NCBI RefSeq assembly: GCF_035084215.1
Contig: NC_090340.1
Location: 2,852,001-2,916,000, forward strand
Source of the DNA: Heptranchias perlo
Lineage: Eukaryota
Reading direction: 5' to 3'
Length of the DNA stretch: 64,000 nt
Position 1 is the stretch's first letter; the number at the start of each line of letters is the position of its first letter. Below the pieces are notes generated by a model. That model saw only the letters and a program-made list of their open reading frames with translations, was not told the DNA's origin and did no database searches. This document shows positions 13,617-27,109 of this stretch, in pieces. The translations under genes were made by a program, and so were the position numbers.

Positions 13617-13803
13617 GGGGGTTAGATCTTCATTATGTGCGATGATATAAAACGGGTGTTAGCGAATCGGCAGCCCGTTTTACATCTACCTCGATTTTAT
13701 TCATATTGACTTCAATGGAAATAAATTCCGGAGAGATGTAAAACAGACCGCCAATTCGCTACTATTCGTTTTACCCTAAGGCACAAAGTCAAGATCTATC
13801 CCC
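13617..13803. mobile_element. Palindromic MITE-like element
   Basis: Ends ggggttagatctt and aagatctatcccc; imperfect symmetry along its length around a central attgacttcaat. A related half copy lies at about 14861-14949. Confidence 0.65.
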
Positions 13804-13855
13804 AGTCTCTTCTTCAATCAGGAAATGAATGGAATTACATCTCAATTCACAATCC

Positions 13856-14860
13856 TCAGGGATCTGTGCTGGGTCCGCTGTTATTTGTTATTTATATTAA
13901 TGATTTGGATGAGAATTTAGGAGGCATGGTTAGTAAGTTTGCAGATGACACCAAGATTGGTGGCATTGTGGACAGTGAAGAAGGTTATCTGGGATTGCAA
14001 CGGGATCTTGATCAATGGGGCCAGTGGGCCGATGAATGGCAGATGGAGTTTAATTTAGATAAATGTGAGGTGATGCATTTTGGTAGATCGAATCGGGCCA
14101 GGACCTACTCCGTTAATGGTAGGGCGTTGGGGAGAGTTATAGAACAAAGAGATCTAGGAGTACAGATTCATAGCTCCTTGAAAGTGGAGTCACAGGTGGA
14201 TAGGGTGATGAAGAAGGCATTCGGCATGCTTGGTTTCATTGGTCAGAACATTGAATGCAGGAGTTGGGATGTCTTGTTGAAGTTGTACAGGGCATTGGTG
14301 AGGCCACACTTGGAGTACTGTGTACAGTTCTGGTCACCCTATTATAGAAAGGATATTATTAAACTAGAAAGAGTGCAGAAAAGATTTACTAGGATGCTAC
14401 CGGGACTTGATGGTTTGACTTACAGGGAGAGGTTAGACAGACTGGGACTTTTTTCCCTGGAGAGTAGGAGGTTAAGGGGTGATCTTATAGAAGTCTATAA
14501 AATAATGAGGGGCATAGATAAGGTCGATAGTCAAAATCTTTTCCCAAAGGTAGGGGAGTCTATATCGAGGGGGCATAGATTTAAGGTGAGAGGGGAGAGA
14601 TACAAAAGGGTCCAGAGGGGCAATTTTTTCACTCAAAGGATGGTGAGTGTCTGGAACGAGCTGTCAGAGGCAGTAGTAGAGGCGGGTACAATTTTGTCTT
14701 TTAAAAAGCATTTGGACAGTTACATGGGTAAGATGGGTATAGAGGGATATGGGCCAAGTGCAGGCAATTGGGACTAGCTTAGTGGTATAAACTGGGCGAC
14801 ATGGACATGTTGGGCCGAAGGGCCTGTTTCCATGTTGTAACTTCTATGATTCTATGATTC
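13856..14860 (+). mobile_element. CR1 LINE, 5'-truncated, open RT C-terminal ORF
   Basis: 303-aa ORF with KFADDTK; ctatgattct tail. Sits in the V-C1 intron, antisense to gene A. Confidence 0.93.
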
Positions 14861-15155
14861 TATAACTTTGGCGATAGTGCAAAACGGGCGATATGGGATC
14901 GGCTGCTTGTTATATATCTCGTCCGATCGTCTTTTCCATTGACTTCAATCATCAGCATACAATACGACACAGATAAATATTTACAATTATAATGTAAAGA
15001 ATTGAATGATTCAATATGATTGCTATTGAACCCATTGAAAAGCATAAAAGAAAACTTGCAAGCGGCCCAAACAAAATCATGTGAACATCTTGTCAAAAAT
15101 AATTCGCCACCGAACAATTTGTGGAACAATTATTTCAGCTAAACAATCCACTTAC

Positions 15156-15476
15156 CGTGGATAACAAGCTTTGACCCAGTTCCATTTGCAATCTGACCAT
15201 CCAGATGCTGCACTCCGCAGTAATAAACTCCAGAGTCCCCGGCGGTGACATTCAGGAACCGAAGAGAGGCCTCGTCTTTCTTTAAAGGAAGACATCGTAT
15301 TCTGCTGTCCAAACCTGACTGCAGAAACTCAGTTTCGCCGAGTTTCCACCAGTAAACATTTACATCGGAATTATCTGGAAAAACAGGGAACGCACAATAT
15401 AAAGTGATGTTTCCACCTGCGATCCTTTTGGCACGTTCAGGGGCTTGGGACACTCTGATCTGAATATCTGCAACAG
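15156..15476 (-). CDS. Gene A: V-set Ig domain exon, germline-joined VJ type (SIRP/NKp30-like)
   Basis: Acceptor tttctttctcacag| and donor G|gtaagt; 321 nt, phase 1/1. Translation (x)VADIQIRVSQAPERAKRIAGGNITLYCAFPVFPDNSDVNVYWWKLGETEF...DSGVYYCGVQHLDGQIANGTGSKLVIH has the B-strand Cys, C-strand Trp, DxGxYxC and a J-like GxG(S)xLxV motif in one exon. Confidence 0.92.
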
Positions 15477-17449
15477 CTGTGAGAAAGAAATGCAAACAAT
15501 GAATAAATATACCGTACGGCGCCAGAGGGGGAGAAGAGGAGGTCGAGAGTGCGAGATGGGAGGGCGAAAGAGAGGATTTGAATATATACCTGCATAAATA
15601 ATGCAGAGAAGCTTTATATGTCGAAAAACGGTGCCCAAAAACATTTTCAACCGTGGCAATTGACAATTCACTGAGAAGAAGTATTGGTTGTTTGGAAATA
15701 TTACTCGGAATCTATCCTCCAAGTTAAGTTCGTGCGTTAACTGCCTCACTTCTGGTGAAAGTTAACCAACGGCGCGGCAACCTGTCAGCCGCAACTCACA
15801 TGGTCAGTTAATTTGAATAATTATTCATCTCTGGCTGCACAGCTTTGGCCTTGCGTAGGGAGCGAACCTAATTGTCGATGAGAAGAAGGTTAAATTTAAA
15901 AAGATCTTCACACTTAAGGTTGAGTGGCCTCATATGGGCACACATATTGTTTCCGCGGTCATAAATATTTCAAATGCATTTAAAATATTTGTCATACTTT
16001 GCCAAGGCTGTGGGAGGGGAAGTGCCAGCGAAATCGAAACCAAATGTGTAGGCATGAAACAGATCACATGGACAAGTAATAGAAGAATACATCGCCAAAC
16101 CACCTGGGTGATGGCAGGTAAAATAGTCTTGGGGCTGTAGAGCGTGAGTCCAAGGAGAGATATCTCTTTATTCTTTCAGGGAACCCTTCCTATGGAACAT
16201 GGGTGCACTTTTCCTTGCAGTAGCCGATGACCAGGTTTAATAATGTCCGTACTACCCGCACTACCTGCGAATAGGTGCGTAGAACTCTAAGAAATGATCA
16301 AGTAGCAAATAGTATGACATGTTGGACGGAGAGCCCAGTACTGTATAACACAAAGTTTTACCTGTTTACCTTTTGCACAACTACTGTTTACCCATACCAA
16401 TACCTCACACAAGCTTATAGCTCCTGCCTTGTACCTCCTGCATATCCAAATCTGATCAGGGCTCACATTCAAGACACAGCAAACAATTGGAAGCCTTGAC
16501 ACATTCATATCTTCCAAATGCATTGCACCTCAAGTCACTGTAAACCGACCTAGCCTCATGATGTGTAGTCATGTACTGAGACCAGGCTGCCCTGTACATT
16601 CTGAGGTTTTGACTATTCTCCTTCAACCTCTAGCATCTAGTGACTACCTTTCTCCTTATCCGGCTAAGCTTTCCTGTTTAATGGTTGGTCTGCACCAGAC
16701 ATATAAATAATAGTTTTTAAATTCTTAAAGTTAACATTTGTTAACGAAAAACATGATATCCGTCACTTTTACATCCTTGTCCCTTTATATGCTGGAACAC
16801 AGGATCCCATTCCTAAATAAAAGTTAAAAGATACACGAAGACAGCGGTGTGATTTTCACCTAGGCCTTACTTTTGGACATCATGGAAAATATGTGCAACT
16901 TTTAATTCCACATTCGCACCTCCTTTTCCTGCAATGTTAATACACAGCTATTATCCGGGTGCTTTCTCATATCTCAGAACAAAGTGAGCCGTAGACCTGA
17001 ACCAATGGGTTACCTTCTGCTGCTTTACTCCCTCCTCCGTGTGTAAAGTTATTTAACATCGATTGAACATCGTCTAAGTCTATCGAAGTTAAGGTCAGCA
17101 ACGTAATGGAGTTGCAAAACAAGTATGAAACAAATCTCATCACTCTAGCTGATTATTAAAGAATCAATATGTGGTATCTTTTTCCTGTTAATATGCCATA
17201 GTTTTCTTTGAATACTTATAAAATAGCTTTATCTTCTCTTTCGTAACTTTGTAATTTGATTAAAAGTGACGCTTGCAAGATTGGCACAAGTTCCTGTGAG
17301 TAAGTTGTACTGTAACAATTTAGGTTAGGTTTGCATCAATCACACGTTGTTACTAAATACGCTATGAGTACATTGTGGCAGCATTTAGTGAGTTGCTATC
17401 ATTTTATTAATCACGGCACAACAACAGAGATAGCTCTCAATTAGATGCG

Positions 17450-18330
17450 CCTAGCACATTATGAAATGACCAAAAGTAGTCCGAAGGAGAACAATGGTCT
17501 GCCGGCTGGAAAGAAGTTAAGGGAGGTGACTCAAAAGCAGTGTCAAAGAGGCAAATGCTGAGGGGGCTGTTAAAATAAGGAGATTGAAAACAGTGCAGCA
17601 AGGGTTAGCAAGAAATCGCCAGGATGCAGAGACATTGTGAATGTTTTGTTGCAGATTTTCGTACGGATAGAATGGGAGATGAACATCAGATCAGAATATT
17701 AAGAGAAAAATCGATGACGGGAAATAGGGTCAGGGAACGTTTCTGAAGTGGGATTGACATTCTATACGAGATTTAGTGATGTTGACTCGTATTGGTTGTT
17801 AGGTGATGAGGCATTTGAAGTTGATGGGAGTAAGATGATGAGTGTGCGCATATATAGTACGACATTTGGATGAGCTCAAGTTTGTACAGGGTGGAGCTGG
17901 GCGGCTAGTAAAAATAAAATTGACAAAACTGAACTTTGAGGTGATAGAGGCATGGGCGGGGGACTCAATTTTCAAAATAAGTGATATGGTGACACGGGTC
18001 AAACATGTTACAGAGGTGGATGAAGGTTGTGTTGGTGATCAACTCGGTATGTGTTTCAAGTTTAACTAAGGGTCGAACCGGACACTAAGATGCAAACCGT
18101 CGGGTTCCGTCTGAGTGAGCAGCTGGGGAGGCACAGGTTTTCTGATGGGAGCTGAACAGATGGTTTTCGACTTCTAAAGTTGAGCTGAAGAAAGCTTTGC
18201 GACATTCAGGACTTGATATCGTCCAAGCCATTGGGCAACTCTGCAATAGGCAGGGAATCAAGGATAGTTGCTGATAGGTGCGGTTGCATATCGTTGCCCG
18301 TTGAAAACTAACCCCTGTATAAGGTCTTAT
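17450..18330 (-). mobile_element. Probable decayed L2-like LINE
   Basis: Purine-rich plus strand with fragmentary ORFs; weak resemblance only. Confidence 0.3.
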
Positions 18331-19149
18331 GCGTTGAGGAGCACTATAAGGACAGGTAATACAAGGGGTCGGGGTGGGGGAGGGGTGGATAGGAATACAA
18401 TTTTATGGCACACGAGAGGAGAATGCATGAACATGAGAGAATAAGCCACCGTAGAAGATAAACTGAGTGTCTTGCATAACCTAGGTATATAAACTAATAA
18501 AACAGGATATGAACTGGCTAACCTGCCTAATAACATTGTAGACTGAGGAAATTCAGACTGGTGCATTAAGCGTTCTTGCGTTATTACCACCGATGATAAT
18601 TTAAAGGCTTCAGTATGTCCGTATTCAATTCCTTTATCTACACTTTTAACATATTTAAAGTAAGGACTCAATTGTAAAAGTATTTGTAAATGTACCACTG
18701 CGATTTTATATGAGCAGGGCTGGCAGGTGAAGACCAGGACAATTTGTAGTCTATGATTTAGGAAAGCTAATTAAAGAATCCTGACGAAGACCATTCACCT
18801 GACATGAGCTTGAGATGGAAATATTCCCTCCATCAGCAACAGAGGGAGAGAATACTGCACAAAGTAACAGCATTTTATAGTTGCTACTATGAATTTCAAC
18901 GAAGACCAAATGATTCAAGTCGCGTGTTATTCTGATATGAATGCATTTTCAAATCGTTTAACAACCAGCATGTCTAAATGCTTGGATGCAAAGCGTTCCC
19001 CTTAAAATGGTTAGTCACAAAGCAAGAGAATGAAAAACAACATATTTTGCAAATGCGCACTGTACTTCTTCATTAGAATTTGGACAGGTAATACATTTGG
19101 TGTAGATTTACAGATGTAAATATCACAAGTATAACCATAACATGGGTTG

Positions 19150-19900
19150 AAATAGCACCATCCTGTTTTTTTATTCATGTCTGCACAAATGTATGGGTCT
19201 TGGCAAGCATTAAGGAAGGCTTTAGCAACGCATAGACGGATTAGTTGAATCGGATCGCAGGGAGCAGGTGCAAGTTCATTTGGACAAGTTTGAAATAATA
19301 CATTTTGAGAGTAAAACAAGGAACCGGCGTATACACGCAATGAAAAGTTGGTGAATGAGGAGAAATCTATCGGGGCACAAGTCAAAAAAAAATTAAAGAC
19401 AGAATGCAGGAGGACAAAGCCATAAAAAAAGGACCGCAACATTTTGGGATTTTATCTGAGGTAACATAGTACAGGAGTAACAACGGAATGATGAATTTAT
19501 ACTTGACGTTGAACAGGTCGCACTTAAAGTACTTTTTGCAGGTTTGTGCGCTCCATTACAGGAATAAAGCTTTCTTAAATTTGATGCAAATTTACCATGA
19601 AGGGAAAGTATAATTGAGATGCTGTGACTATTTCCATTGGAGCAGAGGAGGCTAAGAGGATGTTTATTCGAGTTTTTAAAAATGTGTAACGTTTTGTTGG
19701 AATGAATTGGGGTAGATTATGTACTCTAGTCGGGAGTCACTGCCCAGAGGACATCAATTTACAAAATGGCGCCAGGGGAATGTGGAGAGAGATTAGGATA
19801 AATTACTTTATCAAAGCGTTGGTGGAGTATAGGATGCTTTATCATGAGATTGGCTGAAACAAAAACCATTGAATATTTTCAGGGAACACATGCAGCTAAG
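19150..19900 (+). mobile_element. Old, heavily decayed CR1 fragment
   Basis: Residual CR1 phrases such as gcacttaaagtact and ttggagcagaggaggctaagaggatg. Confidence 0.55.
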
Positions 19901-20292
19901 GGGAAAGAGGGGCACAGACGGTAGATCTCTATGGGATCTACAGTATTTTCACTGAGAAAAGGTCAATGGTGAATTTCCTGACTACAATAAAATATATCAT
20001 GGATCAACATTTTTGAGCCAGTTTCGTTTCATAGTTTGTTACCCGGGTATCTGAGCTGGCAGCAATATTGGCCCAAACGTTCAAGAGCTGACAGAATACC
20101 GTACCTTCTTTAAAACAATGCAAACGCTAATTTCTGTTTGAACTTGCTATCGTAAACTTATTTTTTGTTAAGTATTCACCAACATATTTTTATATTTTCA
20201 CTGTTTTCAGTTAGAAGGAATGCAGCATTGAAGGATACAATCACATTGGTGCTTTGAGGGGGATTCCGCGAGGAATGAACACATTTTTAAAA

Positions 20293-21335
20293 ATTCGTTC
20301 ATGGGATGTGGGCGTCGCTGGCGAGGCCGGCATTTATTGCCCATCCATAATTGCCCTTGAGAAGGTGGTGGTGAGTGGCCTTCTTGAACCGTTGCAGTCC
20401 GTGTGGTGACGGTTCTCCCACAGTGCTGTTAGGAAGGGAGTTCCAGGATTTTGACCCAGCGACGATGAAGGAACGGCGATAGATTTCCAAGTCGGGATGG
20501 CGTGCGACTTGGACGGGAACATGCAGGTGGTGTTGTTCCCATGTGCCTGCTGCTCGTGTCTTTCTAGGTGGTAGAGGTCGCGGGTTTGGGAGGTGCTGTC
20601 GAAGAAGCCTTGGCGAGTTGCTGCAGTGCATCCTGTGGATGGTACACACTGCAGCCACTGTGCGCCGGTGGTGAAGGGAGTGAATGTTTAGGGTGGTGGA
20701 TGGGGTGCCAATCAAGCGGGCTGCTTTATCTTGGATGGTGTCGAGCTTCTTGAGTGTTGTTGGAGCTGCACTCATCCAAGCAAGTGGAGAGTATTCCATC
20801 ACACTCCTGACTTGTGCCTTGTAGATGGTGGAAAGGCTATGGGGAGTCAGGAGGTGAGTCACTCGCCGCAGAATACCCAGCCTCTGACCTGCTCTCGTAG
20901 CCACAGTATTTATATGGCTGGTCCAGTTAAGTTTCTGGTCAATGGTGACCCCCAGGATGTTGATGGTGGGGGATTCGGCGATCGAAATGCCGTTGAATGT
21001 CAAGGGGAGGTGGTTAGACTCTCTCTTGTTGAAGATGGTCATTGCCTGGCACTTATCTGGCGCGAATGTAACTTGCCACTTATCAGCCCAAGCCTGGATG
21101 TTGTCCAGGTCTTGCTGCATGCGGGCTCGGACTGATTCATTATTTGAGGGGTTGCGAATGATACTGAACACTGTGCAATCATCAGCGAACATCCCCATTT
21201 CTGAACTTATGATGGAGCGAAGTTCATTGATGAAGCAGTTGAAGATGGTTGGGCCTCGGACACTGCCCTGAGGAACACCTGCAGCAATGTCCTGGGGCTG
21301 AGATGATTGTCCTCCAACAACCACTACCATCTTCT
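20293..21335 (-). mobile_element. L2/CR1-group LINE, second family, 5'-truncated
   Basis: 343-aa ORF GVPQGSV.GP...MFADDCTV...YKAQVRSVMEY; 3' end ...gcccacatcccatgaacgaat. Confidence 0.9.
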
Positions 21336-22521
21336 TTAATCAAAACATTAGACTGACTTCAGAAAAAAGGAACGAAATAGGAGACAATAAGAAACATTTA
21401 ATGACAGTAACGATGCTCGAAAATTCAAAGAAGAGAATTGATAATTCAGCTCATAAACAGTCCTTCTTGCAGAAGCTTAAACGCTTCGATCACAAGCTCA
21501 TTTTAAAGATTTTGGGCTTTACTACTTTGCCTGGCAGAATATTTATCCAGTCATCAGTAAATAAATTCTTGCTATTATTTATCTTAAATCTACGTTGCAC
21601 TGATTTATGTTTTCCCCACTCGGGACCTACTTTTATGTCCTACTTCAAAGTAAACAAGATGGATCTCATCTAATGTTTAATATTGGGAAATTTATTTTCT
21701 CAGTGAGGTATGTCATAACCTGGATAACCTGGTTTCTTAATTTTTATATTAGTGTTGCAGTTCATCTATGGGCTGTGGTTAAATTGAGCACAGTTTCGTC
21801 TAAGGTGGCGACTAAGTCTGAACACGGTCCTCCAAGGGTAAACAGAACCATTCATTGGCAACACGGTGCATCACCTCTGAACACATGTACTCCATGGTTC
21901 AGAATATGTAGCTCAGCATTTCTTGCCTTTTAGAATCGTTTTCCCATTTTGTTTCGGCTTTTATTCTTAGGGCCCTTTCTAATCTGCCATGTGCAAATTC
22001 AGTTCCATTTTTATATACATATGGGTCACGTTTATGTGATCTATGTGCAACATTTTTCAATGATCACTTATATACAATCTTCATTTTTTATCATTTGATC
22101 AATCTGGCTATGCAGTTCAACAAATTTACATTCACTGTATATTGCTCATCTCGTTTTAGATTCGTTAACCGATTTGCACAGCTTAATTTTGAGATTCTGA
22201 TCAATTTTGTAGTTTAGAAACAATTCAACGGGTCAAACACCTTTCTGCACTCAAAAACTTATCCCAAATTAAATATAAATCTTTTCAGGACATTTAAAAA
22301 TGTTTTTCTAGTCCCATATTTGAACCTGGATTCTTTAGTTAACTTATAAATATTTTAGGTTGAACATTGGCGAAACATTTTTGAAAGTTCAATTACTGTG
22401 TCTCATATAAAGTTCCGCCACTTTGTGTATCTGTCATGCCCTCGAAGATATCAAGTGAATTTTTAGTTTCTAAATCCATGTTGGATATTTCCTGTTAAGT
22501 TATTGTTGCACAAATACTAAT

Positions 22522-24140
22522 AAGAACGTAAGAAATAGAAACAGCAGTCGGCCATATGGCCCCTCCAGCCTGCGCCGCCATTCAAGGAAATCATGGCTGA
22601 TGACATGCCTCAATTCCAATTTCTCGCCCTACCCCCATATAACTTGATTCCCTTCGTGTCCAAAAATCTATCGATCTCAGTTTTCAATATACTCAACGAC
22701 TGAGCATCTACAGCTCTCTACCAGTGGACTCCTCAGCATAGGTGTCATTAATTTACCTGCGAGTAGTGCTATGTTAAAGGACCCGTAGTTATATTGGTTA
22801 CACGTGCTACCTTTTTAGGTATAGGTATGCCTGTTTTCAACCCTGTGGAATCACAACAGTCTCCGATGATTCTTTCATGCAAATAGCCAATGTCCAATAA
22901 AAGTCCCTTTTACCTTCAATACCGTTGGTGTATCAATGGAACCTGAGAGAAAATTTGTGTAATCTTCTTTGGTGAATTGTTAGAGAGAAAATTGATTGAA
23001 TAAATAACTACCTTGTTATCTTCTTCAGCTAAAGATAAAGACAAAAAGACTGAGCAGAAGAAATTAACAACTTTCCACAAGTATTGTTAAACCCCTGAAT
23101 GTTTGGCAATATTGGTTTGCAGAACATCTGGTGTGAATTGAAGCAATATTATGCTGTCTTACAATGTTTAGGCTTACGGAGAGATGGGATATGTAATGTT
23201 GAGGTGCACTTAAAATGGATATTAGGCTAATATCCGCCAATAGTAGTCTCTTGGCTAATACTTCTTAGGAACATAGGAACATGAGTAGGCCATTCAGCCC
23301 CTCGAGTCTGTTCCTCCATTCAATGAGATCATGGCTCATCTGTATCCTAACTCCATTCACCCGCCTTGGCTCCATATTCTTCAATACCCTTGACTAACAA
23401 AGAGCTATCGATCTTAGATTTAAAATTATCAATTGAGCGACCGTCTTCTGCTTTTCACGGGGGACAGTTCTACACATCTACCACATTTTGTGTGAAGAAG
23501 TGATTCCTAACTTCTCTACAGAATTTCCTGGCTCTCATTTTAAGGTTATGTCCAATTGTCCTAGACTTGTCCACAAGCGGAAAAAGTTTCTCTTTATGTA
23601 ACCTAACAATCATTTCAAAATCCTAAAAAACACAATGAAATCACCCCTTTACCTTCCATATTCCACAGAATACAAGCCTAGACCACGAGTGTCCCATTCC
23701 TTCCAATTTGACTACATACCCGTTATCCCTACTCCCTGTCTTCCACTGCCCATTTTTTTTTCTAACCAGGCCAATGACTTGCGTTCAACGCCATGAGAAT
23801 TAATTTCAGCAAACAGTCTCATATGTGGTACGTCATCGCTTGCCTTCTGGAAGTCCATATAAACGACACCATTAGGCATTCTCCTTTCTGCTACTTTAGT
23901 TACTTCCTGCAAAATTTCGATTTGGTTCGCTAGACATGACCTACCCGATATAAATCCATGTTGGCTCTCTCTAATCAGCTCAAACTTCTCTAGGTGCTCG
24001 GTCACCCTGTCGTTAATTATAGATTCCAATAACTTCACCACAACAGATGTTGGACCTCAATATCTATAATTTTCTGTTTTCTCTTTCTCAACTTTCTTAT
24101 ATAATGGAGTTACATTGGCAATTTTCCTATCTAAAGGCAC
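22522..24140 (-). mobile_element. Decayed CR1 fragments (3' tails near 22522 and 23265, RT piece near 23712-24041)
   Basis: CR1 tail signatures (ggccattcagcccctcgag..., agatcatggct) and ORF LIRESQHGF...YMDFQKA; some unique DNA interleaved. Confidence 0.7.
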
Positions 24141-27090
24141 ATAGAAACATAGAAAAATAGAAAATAGGAGCAAGAGTAGGCCATTCGGCCTTTCGAGCCT
24201 GTTCTGCCATTCAATATGATCATGGCTGATCCTTTATCTCAATACCATATCCCAGCTCTCTGCCCATACAACTTGATGCCTTTTCTGTTTAGAAATCTAT
24301 CTAGCTCCTTCTTAAATAATATCAGTGACTTGGTCTCCACAGCCTTCTGTGGTAGAGAATTCCAAAGGTTCACCACCCTCTGGGTGAAGGAATTTCCCCT
24401 CATCTCAGTCCTAAATATCCTACCCCGTATCCTGAGACTGTGACCCCTCGTTCAGGACTCTCCAGCCAGGGGAAACATCCACCCTGCATCCAGTCTGTCC
24501 GGCCCTGTCAAAATGATATATGTTTCAATGAGATCCCCTCTCATTCTTCTAAACTCGATTGAATACAGGCCAAGTCGACCCAATCTCTCCTCATATGACA
24601 GTCCGGCCATCCCAGAGATCAGTCTGAAGAACGTTCGCTGCACTCCCTCTATGGGAAGTATATCCTTTCTTAGGTAAGAAGACCAAAACTGCACACAATA
24701 CTCCAGGTGTGAACTCACCAAGGCCCTGTATAACTGCAGTACGACATCCTTGCTTCTATACTCAAATCGTCTTGCACTGAAGGCCAACATACCATTTGCC
24801 TTCCGAACTGCTTGCTGCACCTGCATGTTTGCTTTCAGTGACTGGTGTACAAGGACACAAACGTCCCTTTGTAGATCAACATTCCCCAATCTATCATCAT
24901 TTAAATAATGCTTCACCTTTCTGTTTTTCCTTCCGAAGTGGATAACTTCACATTTATCCACATTATACTGCATCTGCCATGTATTTGCCTACTCACTCAA
25001 CTTGTCTAAATCGCCTTGAAGCCTCTTTGCATCCTCCTCACAACTCACGATCCCACCTAGTTTTGTATCGCCAGCAGACTTGGAAATATCACATTTGATT
25101 CCCTCAACCAAATCATTGATATATATTGTGAATAGCTGGGGCCCAAGTACTGATCCCTGTGGTACCCCACTAGTCACTGCCTGCTACCCCGAAAAAGACC
25201 CATTTATTCCTACTCTCTTTTTCCTGCCCATCTATGCCAGTATATTACTACCAATCCCATGTTCTTTAATTTTACACACTAACCTCTTTATTTGGTACTT
25301 TACGAAATGCCTTCTGAATTCCAAATAAACCACATCCACTGGTTTTCCCTTATCTATTCCACTAGTTACATCCTCAAAAAACTCCAGGAGTTTTGTCAAA
25401 CATGATTTGCCTTTCATAAATCCATGTTGACTTTGTCTAACCCCATTGATATTTTCTAAGTATCCTGTTATCACATCCTTTATATTATACTCCATCATTT
25501 CCCCTACTATTGATTTTAGGCTCACTGGTCTTTAGATTCCTGTTTTCTGTCTCCCTCCTTTTTCAAATAGTGGGGTTACATTTGCCACTCTCTAATCTGC
25601 AGGAACTGTTCCATAATCTATAGAAATTTGGAAGATGACAACTAATGCATCCACTATTTCCACTATTTCCATGGCTATCTCTTTTATTACTCTGTGATGC
25701 AGATTATCAGGCCCTTTGGATTTATAAGCTTACAGTCCCATTAATTTCTCCAGCACTATTTTTTTACCAATAATAATTTCTTTTAATTCCTCCTTCTCAC
25801 TAATCCAGTGGGTCCCGAGCATTTCTGGGATGTTATTTGTTTCCTCTTCCTTGAAAACAGAACCAAAGTATTTGCTTAATTGCTCTGCCATTTCCCTGTT
25901 CCCCATTATAAATTCTCCCGTTTCTGACTGTAAGGGACCTACATTTGTCTTCACCAATCTTTTTCTTTTTACAGTCCACTTTTATGTTCCTTGCAAGTTT
26001 ACTCTCTTATTCTATTTTCCCCCTCTTGATCAATCTCTTGGTCCTTTTTTGCTGAATTCTAAACTGCTCCTAATCCTCAGGCTTGCTACTTTTTCCGGCA
26101 ACTTTATCTGACTCCTTTTTGGATCTGATACTATCCTTAATTTCTTTTGTTAGCCATGGTTGGCCCGCATTTCCTTTTGTGTTTTTACGCCAGAAAGGAA
26201 TGCATAATTGTTGGAATTCTTGAATTCGTTCCTTAAATGTCAGCCATTGCCTATCCACAGTCAAGCCTTTTAATGATTCTTTTAATGAAGCTTCCCAATC
26301 TATCATTGCCAACTCAATCCTCACACCTTAGAAGTCCCCTTTGTTTAGATTGAGGACCCTAGTTTCGGATTGGACTACTTCACTTTCCATCTTAATGAAG
26401 AATTCTATCATGTTATTGTCACTCTTCCCTAAAGGACCCCCCACAACAAGATTATTAATTAACCCCTTCTCATTGCACAATACCCAATCTAGGATAACCT
26501 GTTCTCTGATATTCTCCTCAACGTACTGGTCTAAAGAAATCTTGTACACACTCCAGGAATTCATCCTCCACAGTATTATTGCTAATATGGTTTGTACAGT
26601 CTATATGTAGATTAAAGTCACCCATGATTACAATAGTACCCTTGTTACATGCATCTCTAGTTGCCTGTTTGATCCCATCCCTTACATTACTGCTACTGTT
26701 TGGAGGCCGGTAGACAACTCCCACCAGTGTTTTCTGCCACTTGGTGCTTCTTACCTCCACGCAGACTGATTGTACATCTTGATTTTCTGAGCCAATATCC
26801 GTTCCCACTATTGCTTTGATTTCATCAATTACTAACAACGCCACCCCAACTCCTTTTCCTTTTTGCCTGTCTTTCCTAAATAACGAATACCCTTGGATAT
26901 TCAGCTCCCAGCCTTTGTCGCCCTGCAGCCATGTCTCTGTAATTCCTATTATATTTGATCCATTCACATCTATTTGCTTTGTTAATTCTCCTACCTTATT
27001 ACGAATGCTTTGTGCATTCAGATACAGTGCCTTTATATTTGTCTTTTATAACATTTTATACGTCTTAACATTTTTTTTTGCACTATGACC
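24141..27090 (-). mobile_element. Long decayed CR1 LINE (endonuclease to 3' tail)
   Basis: [44 protein letters not shown] in successive broken ORFs; tail atagaaacatagaa on the plus strand. Confidence 0.92.
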
Positions 27091-27109
27091 CTATTTGCCT
27101 TATTACCAT

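Noticed and set aside
15100-15160. Recombination signal sequence after the V exon
   Set aside because: No CACAGTG heptamer or nonamer seen; the exon already contains the J-like strand and ends at a splice donor.
16871-16928. AG...GTAAG-bounded segment near the V exon as a leader exon
   Set aside because: The phase-1 frame contains TAA (MWN*) and leaves only MMSK, with no hydrophobic core.
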